Virus record (IMG/VR): IMGVR_UViG_3300013121_000005
Location: 192,001-256,000 of that record
Direction: 5' to 3' (one strand)
Length of the DNA stretch: 64,000 bases
Origin: a virus
Taxonomy: Duplodnaviria; Caudoviricetes
The first letter of the stretch is position 1; the number at the start of each line of letters is the position of its first letter. The notes under the pieces were generated by a model. That model did not search any database, was not told where the DNA came from, and was given only the letters and a program-made list of their open reading frames with translations. Shown here piece after piece: positions 57,073 to 64,000 of this stretch. The position numbers and the translations under genes were made by a program.

Positions 57073-57200
57073 TAGAAGGCCCCTGAGATAAAACCCAGGG
57101 GCCTTCTAGCCGTTTCTTGGTTCGCGCTCCGGTCACTCGCGATATATGCCGGAGTCGACTCGGGCCTTACGGTTAGCCCGAAAGCTTGTTCACTTCACCT
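57073..57200 (-). promoter_or_regulatory. Structured leader or sRNA ending in a terminator-like hairpin upstream of pyrB
   Basis: 13-bp perfect stem 57073-57108; further stems cgggc/gcccg and ctccgg/ccggag. Confidence 0.5.
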
Positions 57201-57222
57201 AAACGAAGAGGTCCTCAGGCTC

Positions 57223-57450
57223 TCAACGAGATTTCTTCCTCTTGTGCATCGCCTTACACTTGGCACACTTTTTGTAACCTGGGCCCCAGGTACCACACCA
57301 TGTAAGTACCGAATCTGTGTCCTGTGCCTCTCCGCAAAGCGACGTTTCCGGCTTAGACTTGACAGTAGCAAACAAATGAAGCGTTAGCCTATCTCTTGTA
57401 GGCATTGCATCAATGCGACCAAGAGGGTAGGATTCGGTCCGCCACCGCAT
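57223..57450 (-). CDS. Small Zn-finger protein
   Basis: H...SLCG...CAKC. Confidence 0.5.
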   Translation of the reverse strand: MRWRTESYPLGRIDAMPTRDRLTLHLFATVKSKPETSLCGEAQDTDSVLTWCGTWGPGYKKCAKCKAMHKRKKSR

Positions 57451-57463
57451 GGGGTAACCCCTT

Positions 57464-57694
57464 TTAGTTCGGACCTGGTTGCGAGTCCTGGTTCTCTACT
57501 TGGTCAAGAGCTTTCTCTAGCTGATTCGCAAATTCAGGACGAGAACTAAGTTCCTGCTGAATAAGTGCCTCTAGCATGTGAGCCATAGGCCCACATGTAC
57601 TACACCAGTGGAGGTAGGTGTCAGGTTCGACGTCGGTGTAATCCATCCGAAACTTTGGGTCTGCTTCCTGGTTACAGTCGTTACACTTTGGCAT
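57464..57694 (-). CDS. Small Zn-finger protein
   Basis: CNDC...CSTC; GGTGTA 9 nt upstream. Confidence 0.55.
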   Translation of the reverse strand: MPKCNDCNQEADPKFRMDYTDVEPDTYLHWCSTCGPMAHMLEALIQQELSSRPEFANQLEKALDQVENQDSQPGPN

Positions 57695-57697
57695 GCT

Positions 57698-58051
57698 TTA
57701 CTCTACACCATCGGAGTCGGAGTCTTTTAGGAGCCGCTCAAACCGAGTGAGCGGGATAATAAGCAGATGGGCCGTTTTGGCGCTGGGGGGCTTCCGAAGG
57801 GGTCGCGGTGCCCTGAGCTTCGGAGGGTGAAGGCGCTCCTCCGCTGGGAGGATGTTGTCGAGGATCTCAAATATACGCCTGTCTTCCTCCGCCTGAATCT
57901 GAGCGACCTGATCTAAGGTCCGACCGGCCGGAACGGCCACTGCATCTAAGGCATGCCTCACGTTCGGATCTTCACGAATAGCAGTGAGCAAGGCTTGGGC
58001 CTGGGCCCCTACCCTTACGTCTGCTCGTATCTGGAAGGTCAATGTGGGCAT
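57698..58051 (-). CDS. Hypothetical protein with TRFERLLKDSD tag
   Basis: GGTGTA 11 nt upstream. Confidence 0.55.
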   Translation of the reverse strand: MPTLTFQIRADVRVGAQAQALLTAIREDPNVRHALDAVAVPAGRTLDQVAQIQAEEDRRIFEILDNILPAEERLHPPKLRAPRPLRKPPSAKTAHLLIIPLTRFERLLKDSDSDGVE

Positions 58052-58062
58052 GCCCCAGAGTT

Positions 58063-58080
58063 TACACCACCAATGGTGTA
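58063..58080. promoter_or_regulatory. Back-to-back GGTGTA motifs (bidirectional promoter)
   Basis: TACACCA-ccaa-TGGTGTA between divergent starts 58051 and 58093. Confidence 0.7.
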
Positions 58081-58092
58081 TATCAAGAGGTA

Positions 58093-58635
58093 ATGCCTGA
58101 TGACCTCAACGATGACCTTATGGAAGAGATGCGTGCCGCCGCTGAGCTAGCTGGTCTAGAGGGTCGTGTACTTCGCACCTCAGATGAACTTGCACGCCAA
58201 TTCCCTAAGCAGGAAAGAGGGCTGATTTGCCATCTTTGTGGGGCAAATCTCATCCTCAAGGATGGTCGCTATGGTCTTTTCTATGGGTGCAAACAGTGGG
58301 CAGAGACTCGTTGCAAAGGGTCTCAAAACTGCAACAGGGTAACGGCAGAAATCTATGAGCTTACCCAAGTACAACAAGTCTGCCAACTTATCCGTGCCAT
58401 CAAAGAAAAGGCACTTAGCACCGGGGAAACGATAACTCGAAAGTGGCTTAGGCAAACCCTAAACTTGAGGGAGGATGACCCTTGCCACTCTGAGTTGTAT
58501 GATAGCCTAAAGTACCCTCAGGTTAAGCGACTCTCTGAGACAAAGGACTACACTAAGTTCATCCGGGATGCCCAGGCATACCTCAGAAAGCGTGGGCCAT
58601 GGTCTCGGTATGATTTACTGGATAGGGAAGAGTAG
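58093..58635 (+). CDS. Topoisomerase-type C4 Zn-ribbon protein ending SRYDLLDREE
   Basis: CHLCGANLILKDGRYGLFYGC...C. Confidence 0.65.
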   Translation: MPDDLNDDLMEEMRAAAELAGLEGRVLRTSDELARQFPKQERGLICHLCGANLILKDGRYGLFYGCKQWAETRCKGSQNCNRVTAEIYELTQVQQVCQLIRAIKEKALSTGETITRKWLRQTLNLREDDPCHSELYDSLKYPQVKRLSETKDYTKFIRDAQAYLRKRGPWSRYDLLDREE

Positions 58636-58641
58636 ACCACA

Positions 58642-59238
58642 ATGAGTATGCTCATTGACCTGTCTAAAGCTGACCCCGTTCTGCGGGCGATGTCTCTATG
58701 CAGATCCCCTCTCATAATTAGGACTACTCAAGATAGTAGGCTATTCAAGGCCCAGTCGACTTTCAATGAGTTTTGGACCCCGATCAAAAAGTCAATCTTG
58801 TTCAACCCTACGACCGCGAGGACTTCGACTGAGGTACTACTCAATGTAGGGGGGCTCTACAAGATAGAGTACCAAGTAGAAGGTCACCCTCATACGATTG
58901 TTTTCGGGGTCAAAAAACTAGAAGACTTCAAGACTCAGGTTGAGCTATGCCATCCTTTTGCCCCCCTAGACATAGTAGTCCACCATCGTCATTTAGCGGG
59001 CCAAGTAGAGTATTGGCCTACTCCTCTTTGTGTTGACCTACCCCCCGACTATTGGGTGAAATGGGTCTTTGATGTACCCTCTCTCAGTACAGTCAACATG
59101 GATACTCTGGGGGAAGTCTACCAAATGTCATCTGAACAGCTCCTTAAAACTATCCAGTCCTATATTGGCCTAAGCGGCCGGTATAAGCTTCTTTTGAGTG
59201 AAAAGGATGAGAGGCCCCCACATGAATCTCATCTATGA
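58642..59238 (+). CDS. Hypothetical protein
   Basis: 198-aa ORF in operon. Confidence 0.55.
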   Translation: MSMLIDLSKADPVLRAMSLCRSPLIIRTTQDSRLFKAQSTFNEFWTPIKKSILFNPTTARTSTEVLLNVGGLYKIEYQVEGHPHTIVFGVKKLEDFKTQVELCHPFAPLDIVVHHRHLAGQVEYWPTPLCVDLPPDYWVKWVFDVPSLSTVNMDTLGEVYQMSSEQLLKTIQSYIGLSGRYKLLLSEKDERPPHESHL

Positions 59239-60073
59239 TAGTCTAGACCTTGAGGAGTGTCGAAGAGACTTACGCAGAGCATTCAAGCCCAACCGCTGCT
59301 GCCGTTCGACTTTTGAGCATCTAACCTCAGCCCCTCTTATGGAGTGGGCTTCCGGTTCTGACACAAGGGCACTTGTTATCCCTGGGGGTAGCCGAAGGGT
59401 CATTGTCAATGAATTTCGAGAAGTTTTCCCCGTTCTGGATTGGGAAAAAGGGTCTAACTTGACCTATCCCGTACGTAAGGCTTTGATCCCTATGCAGTTG
59501 AGGACTCAGGCTCGCAAGTTCAAGCTGATCCCGCCTAACCCCTCGCAGATTCAATGGGACTTCCTTTGGGGCCTTACCTTACTCAACTGGGTGAGCATTG
59601 AAGAACCCCTTCGAGGAATGATTGAACGAAAAAAGTCCAAGTTGGCAAAGGTGTTTCGAGCCTTAGAGGAAATTCGATGGCAAGCCGTCGATCAACCTCA
59701 CCTCATCGAAGAATGGGTAGAGCAATTTGGGTATTGGCTGGAAGGGCACTCAGAGGTCCCAAAGTACTTAGACAGCATTGACCCCCTGAAGGAAACCAGT
59801 GAGCAGCTTGAAGCCTTGTTATTTCTGGTGACCTTAGCAAAGCAGCATGGTTTACTTGAAAGTAAGCTGTTTATCCACATTGCGGATATCCAATACCTTC
59901 AGACAGCAGAAGCTGAAAGACTGAGCGACACCCTACAAGCTATTAACAAGTGGGCGGTTCTTGGTAGTCCTTTGCGATTGCTTCTTAGTTGGGATGGGCT
60001 AGGCTCTTTACGGAAAGCCATCAGCCCTAAGCTGGCTCGAAAATTACAAGGTGGATTAGCTTGGACGAAATGA
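59222..60073 (+). CDS. Hypothetical protein
   Basis: GAGG RBS before MNLIYD. Confidence 0.55.
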   Translation: MNLIYDSLDLEECRRDLRRAFKPNRCCRSTFEHLTSAPLMEWASGSDTRALVIPGGSRRVIVNEFREVFPVLDWEKGSNLTYPVRKALIPMQLRTQARKFKLIPPNPSQIQWDFLWGLTLLNWVSIEEPLRGMIERKKSKLAKVFRALEEIRWQAVDQPHLIEEWVEQFGYWLEGHSEVPKYLDSIDPLKETSEQLEALLFLVTLAKQHGLLESKLFIHIADIQYLQTAEAERLSDTLQAINKWAVLGSPLRLLLSWDGLGSLRKAISPKLARKLQGGLAWTK

Positions 60074-60130
60074 CTACTCAGATGATCTCTTGCCGAACCC
60101 TCCCCATCACAACTCCAAAAGGAGGTCGTG

Positions 60131-60325
60131 ATGGGCCATTTCAAGCGTTATCGAAGCAAGGATCGTCGAGCTGGGTGTTTACTCTGTAAGCCCCACAAAA
60201 GCTGTAAACTCAAGGACTCCTGGGGCAGTCTGCCTCAACAGGAAAAGCGGGCTATCCTTAGAGAGTTGGAACAGAAAGCTGAGGTTGAGTTTGGTCGAGG
60301 TGTGGACCGCGAGGATCTCGACTAG
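60131..60325 (+). CDS. Small basic protein with CxxCKxHK
   Basis: Strong AAGGAGGT RBS. Confidence 0.6.
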   Translation: MGHFKRYRSKDRRAGCLLCKPHKSCKLKDSWGSLPQQEKRAILRELEQKAEVEFGRGVDREDLD

Positions 60326-60659
60326 AGACCCTGACGCCTTCAACATCACGAGGAAGAGTGGGGACCCCATCTTCGCCCCTTCGTGGTCCCTTCTGCGTTC
60401 GGCTCTCGACATCCGAAAGGCAGGTCGGGAGCAGACCCAGGAGGAATGGCGAGCGTACGCCCAGCGGTACGCGGTCGAGATGCAGGCGTCCCGGGTGGCC
60501 CATCGGACCGCCTGGGACGCCCTCCTTGCCCGCCAGCGAGTCGTTCTGACGTGCTACTGCACCAACCCCCTCCGCTGTCATCGTCGCGTCCTAGGGCTTC
60601 TCCTGGGGCACCTGGGGGCCGACTTTCGAGGGGAGCTTACTCCCGGGAAGTCAGGTTGA
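60285..60659 (+). CDS. DUF488-like protein
   Basis: FAPSW.LL...Y..RY..EM...VVLTCYC.....CHR. Confidence 0.6.
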   Translation: MSLVEVWTARISTRDPDAFNITRKSGDPIFAPSWSLLRSALDIRKAGREQTQEEWRAYAQRYAVEMQASRVAHRTAWDALLARQRVVLTCYCTNPLRCHRRVLGLLLGHLGADFRGELTPGKSG

Positions 60660-61671
60660 TAGTCCTGGTGACAATCTTAGCGTCTTCAGGCCCCTTCCAG
60701 TAGGGCTCAATATGTATCAGTTTTCGGAGGGCTCGATTAGGCCCATGAGGCTGATTTTTCCAGTGCCCTCGAACGAAGAACTGGACGGTTAGCCTAGAAC
60801 CGACTGCTTGTCTCTGCCCCTGAATGAAGTTTCGGATTGAAGGCCGACAGTCAATCGTAACAGGTTTCCCTAAGACAAACGTCCTAACTTCAGGCACACT
60901 GCGATCCAACCTCCAGCGATTCCCTCTACCTTTACTCTTTTTTTGCTCGTGGTAGTTGGTAGGGTCGCTGAGGGAAAGACAAGTGGACACAATGAGCCTA
61001 CCTAGGAGTAGGATGACCCTTTCATCTTGAGTCTCAATTGACTCAGTAAAACTTGCCACTCCCCAATCAACGGTATCTTCTTTGCGGTTGAAGACCAGGC
61101 AGCCCTCCGTGGAAAATCCGTGGCGCCAGAGTTGGAGCCCATCGTTTGCTTCAGCGATGAAGTTCCAAACCTTTTCCCCGTCCTTGTTACAGACCTGGTG
61201 CACGAAAATCCGACGAAGAGAGGACTCTTTTCCAGTCTTCACGTTGAAGGAGGTCAGGAGCCCCTCAGGAATTTCAATCAGAAAGGCTTTCCAAGGAGGC
61301 ACTACCAAACTGGCTACCTCAGGACCCGCATCCGTAGACATGAGCAGTGAAGCAAACCGATCATCGAGAATGACTCTAGGGCATCCTTGGTCTACCCAAC
61401 GACTAATCCACATGACTTTGAGCTGTTCATGGGGGATGTGCATCAAAGCTTCGGCAAAGAAAGCCGTATCTGGATTACTGGAGATATGCTCAATGAGAGC
61501 CTCAAGGGCGGCATCATCATCGTCTGGGTAAAGCTTGTAGGTCAGGGGCCAGAGGGTCTGACCTACCTTTAGGAGCTGATCGTTACTCAGTATCCCGATT
61601 GCCTCCCCAAAATGGGCACAGAGTTTTTGGTAGGCCCGGTTAGCTAACGTAACTTGAGGGCTACTCTTCAT
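60637..61671 (-). CDS. Hypothetical phage protein with C-terminal VRGHW motif
   Basis: VRGHWKNQPHG...IEPYWKGP. Confidence 0.65.
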   Translation of the reverse strand: MKSSPQVTLANRAYQKLCAHFGEAIGILSNDQLLKVGQTLWPLTYKLYPDDDDAALEALIEHISSNPDTAFFAEALMHIPHEQLKVMWISRWVDQGCPRVILDDRFASLLMSTDAGPEVASLVVPPWKAFLIEIPEGLLTSFNVKTGKESSLRRIFVHQVCNKDGEKVWNFIAEANDGLQLWRHGFSTEGCLVFNRKEDTVDWGVASFTESIETQDERVILLLGRLIVSTCLSLSDPTNYHEQKKSKGRGNRWRLDRSVPEVRTFVLGKPVTIDCRPSIRNFIQGQRQAVGSRLTVQFFVRGHWKNQPHGPNRALRKLIHIEPYWKGPEDAKIVTRTINLTSRE

Positions 61672-62144
61672 TGCCCCGCCTCAACAAGACCTCTTACAAA
61701 CCATTGGGGGTACTTAGGATTTGCACAGTAGCCAAGAGCGGCCCACCTTTCAGGAGGTGCAGGATTTCTCCAATTTTCGACTGGGCCTAGTTGGAGTACC
61801 TCCAACCACTTTCGTACGTGAGCAATGGCTAACTGACCACGTTTCTCATTGAGAATGGGTCGAAGTCGGTCCATTGTAACTTTCGCTAGGTTGTGGATCC
61901 GACTAACCACCAATGATTTTTGGGCTGTGGGGAAGAACAAAAAGACTTCGTGGTACACTCTATCGGGGTTAGGGAGGTCAATGACCTGGGCCAGGGCTAG
62001 CACAAGCGTTGCGTCTACTAGTTCCTCAGTCACTTCAACAGAGCTAAATCCGTGAGCTGAGGGGTTTGAGTAGAGCGTTTGTTGACGTCCGGTAGGTAGA
62101 TACTTTGCGCCAAACAGGATAGAGCCAACTTCAAGAGGGTCCAT
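61668..62144 (-). CDS. Hypothetical protein
   Basis: GGTGTA 10 nt upstream. Confidence 0.55.
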   Translation of the reverse strand: MDPLEVGSILFGAKYLPTGRQQTLYSNPSAHGFSSVEVTEELVDATLVLALAQVIDLPNPDRVYHEVFLFFPTAQKSLVVSRIHNLAKVTMDRLRPILNEKRGQLAIAHVRKWLEVLQLGPVENWRNPAPPERWAALGYCANPKYPQWFVRGLVEAGQ

Positions 62145-62181
62145 TCCCCTTTTCTACACCGTAACGAGATAGGAGTACTCT

Positions 62182-62610
62182 ATGTCAGACGATTCTAACC
62201 CCCCTGAGTCCACAGCTCCTGAACACAAGCCTTCCATCCTGAAAGGTTGGGCAGCCATCATCACCTCAATTGCAGCTCTTGTTGCAGCTCTTGGGGCCAT
62301 TCTAAGACCCCCACAAGAACCTGCGGCTAAAGCAGCCTATGAGACAGTTGCTTCTGCTGTAAAGGCAAATTCCGAGGCCATTGCGAAAAACCACGATGAC
62401 ATCCAGGCTCTCCGTAACTACATGGAGGGGTACACAAAAGGGGCGGTTCCTTCAGCCCCTCCTTCAGCTCCCCCTTCGCCTGTATCCTCCTCCTCTCCTT
62501 TTACCCACATTCGGGTCGGGGCTGAACCAGTTCGACCAGCCCCCCCTCCATTGGGATCTCGTCCTTCTGTTTGGAACCCCCCAGACTTTAGCCAAATGAA
62601 GAAGAAGTAG
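62182..62610 (+). CDS. Single-TM protein with coiled coil and Pro-rich tail
   Basis: AGGAG RBS; WAAIITSIAALVAALGAIL. Confidence 0.6.
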   Translation: MSDDSNPPESTAPEHKPSILKGWAAIITSIAALVAALGAILRPPQEPAAKAAYETVASAVKANSEAIAKNHDDIQALRNYMEGYTKGAVPSAPPSAPPSPVSSSSPFTHIRVGAEPVRPAPPPLGSRPSVWNPPDFSQMKKK

Positions 62611-62614
62611 AGGG

Positions 62615-62866
62615 TCAGCTCAACACAAGGCTTTGGGTTGGGCGCACGTTGATAGGTGGGAGGTGTTTGGATGCTTCCCACTCTTCCCAAGCTAGCCTTA
62701 GGGCTCGATGAACCTGAGGGCTGCCGTTCACAAGGGTGAGACGTACCCGCAATACAAGAAGCTCGCTGGTCTTAGGCCACCAGTTGAACCTTGCAAGTTG
62801 TTGCCCCAATTCCCCTACGAGGTCATTGCGATTCTGTTGGGCAATGAGCCACTCCAAGAACAGCAT
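62615..62866 (-). CDS. YozE-like SAM-domain small protein
   Basis: F.EWL..Q..R.D.VG.L...WP...AW.EW. Confidence 0.55.
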   Translation of the reverse strand: MLFLEWLIAQQNRNDLVGELGQQLARFNWWPKTSELLVLRVRLTLVNGSPQVHRALRLAWEEWEASKHLPPINVRPTQSLVLS

Positions 62867-62906
62867 GATCGTACCCTCCACTCTGGAGGATTCTATGACG
62901 AGTTTA

Positions 62907-63590
62907 CTAACTCAGTGTTACTTTAGGGGTTAGATATACCTGGAAGTACTCACTTTGAAGTCGTAACTCTGAGGGGCCCAGGACTCGTCGGTCCTCCTCA
63001 TTATTTTGAATCCACTCTAGCCAATCCTCGTAGGGGGGAGTGAGGTTTTCTACGCACCATGTAGCTAGAGATTCAGCATTTGCACACACAGGGCTAACAG
63101 GGAATCCCTCTGGTGCAGGTTTCTCCCATAGCTGCCAACCAGATCCGAAGGGTGGCTCGATAGGCACCCATTCATCAAACAGGTTGACACCAGAATAGAG
63201 AGCTACAACGGATGGGTTAGGGTTGGGGACGAATTGTTCTCCGTTGCAATTTGCACAGGGCCCCCACACACCACGGCGTTGTGCTCGGATCTCGGTCAAT
63301 CGAGAACGTAGGGTTGGAGTGTCGAAGCCATTTTGGCGACGACGAACCCGCAGTACTTCTTGCTTGGTAACCCCACTATCTAACAAGCAAACTTCTTCTG
63401 CTAGGGTCATCTTGGGAGCCCAAGATCGAAATCGTTGGTAAAGCTTGCGGCTTTGCTCATTCAACCCTGTAGCTAAACAAGTCGGACAGGGTACAGGTCC
63501 TGGCCAAGGATTCTCGTACCCATGCCAGGTAAGACCAAGGGGCCACGCAAAATCCATAGGTACTCGTTTTACCCGCCACCATCGACTCAC
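62907..63590 (-). CDS. Hypothetical phage protein with CxxCxxxG repeats
   Basis: KRVP.DF.WPL, CPTC, CANC, PP.G.GWQLWE. Confidence 0.6.
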   Translation of the reverse strand: MSRWWRVKRVPMDFAWPLGLTWHGYENPWPGPVPCPTCLATGLNEQSRKLYQRFRSWAPKMTLAEEVCLLDSGVTKQEVLRVRRRQNGFDTPTLRSRLTEIRAQRRGVWGPCANCNGEQFVPNPNPSVVALYSGVNLFDEWVPIEPPFGSGWQLWEKPAPEGFPVSPVCANAESLATWCVENLTPPYEDWLEWIQNNEEDRRVLGPSELRLQSEYFQVYLTPKVTLS

Positions 63591-63644
63591 TATAACTCTT
63601 GAAGATCAATAAGAAAACTAACGGTCAGGTAGAGTCGGTGTATT

Positions 63645-63818
63645 AGGGGCCTCTTAGACCAGACTCAGCCCCTAAGACCTTGCCATACATTTTTTCTGTT
63701 GACTCCTTCAAAGTTCGTTGTAGAACTCGGCCTGGTTTCCTATCGAAAACCTAGTACGCACGAGTGGAGAGAACAACGAAAAAGTCCAGTATATAGGCTC
63801 ACTTTCAAGTGAGCCTTG
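63645..63818 (+). ncRNA. Candidate small RNA between a GGTGTA motif and a terminator-like hairpin
   Basis: GGTGTA 63637-63642; stems taggggc/gccccta and ttcgttgt/acaacgaa; final hairpin aggctcactt/aagtgagcct. Confidence 0.4.
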
Positions 63819-63868
63819 AGGAGACTCCCTACCGGTTGGGGTCTTCATCCCCCTACAGGAGGTGGAAC

Positions 63869-64000
63869 TTGAATATCATCATCGCATGGATCATCGCCCT
63901 AATTGTGTCGGCTGCCCCGCCTAGCCGTCGGCACCACATCCCAGAAGCAAGGGAAACCGAGCAAGAAGCTAGGGTTAGATACGCTAGCATTGCAAAGGAT
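63869..64000 (+). CDS. N-terminus of a signal-anchored protein, truncated by the window edge
   Basis: AGGAGG RBS, TTG start, NIIIAWIIALIVSAA; frame open to the end of the window. Confidence 0.55.
   Translation, partial: MNIIIAWIIALIVSAAPPSRRHHIPEARETEQEARVRYASIAKD

Noticed and set aside
63655-63670. GACCAGACTCAG as a HEARO/omega-RNA signature
   Set aside because: The other conserved elements and an adjacent IscB/HNH ORF are not visible; the match is short.
1-64000. Stop-codon reassignment, tRNA or rRNA genes
   Set aside because: Conserved enzymes are full-length in the standard code and end in TAA, TAG and TGA; I recognised no cloverleaf or rRNA signature.
1-64000. Cellular chromosome origin because of polA, clpX, rnhB, folA and pyrB
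   Set aside because: These genes are isolated among dense small hypothetical ORFs without their usual operon partners, and they share non-sigma70 upstream motifs, which fits a large phage better.

Overview
This 64-kb window reads as part of a large (jumbo-type) dsDNA bacteriophage genome. Genes are tightly packed and mostly hypothetical. There is no rRNA, tRNA, CRISPR array or transposase, and no capsid or terminase gene that I can recognise. From left to right it holds: a putative lysis/membrane cassette; a structured non-coding region; a replication block (intein-containing SNF2 helicase, DnaB-like helicase, stand-alone primase Zn finger, family A DNA polymerase); a DUF2997/DUF1257/AAA module; nucleotide-metabolism genes (5'-nucleotidase, DHFR, two MazG-like proteins, nucleoside hydrolase, pyrB); an intein-containing ClpX; RNase HII; and many small accessory ORFs. 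The main unexplained structure is a two-tier organisation. (1) About 11 unrelated proteins share a short helical motif, R-x-(V/I)-(V/A/T)-(A/S/T/R)-R-(F/Y), together with K-x-A junctions. They carry shuffled effector-like modules (three HExxH metallopeptidases, three J-domains, one RelA/SpoT-like synthetase), and many lie 14-17 nt downstream of a TT(T/G)AT-like upstream motif. (2) Seven other unrelated proteins carry a (T/S)-R-(Y/F)-x-x-(L/I)-acidic tag at or near the C-terminus, and most belong to transcription units headed by a GGTGTA motif that often sits 9-13 nt before the start codon. All family assignments come from reading motifs by eye; no database search was run.
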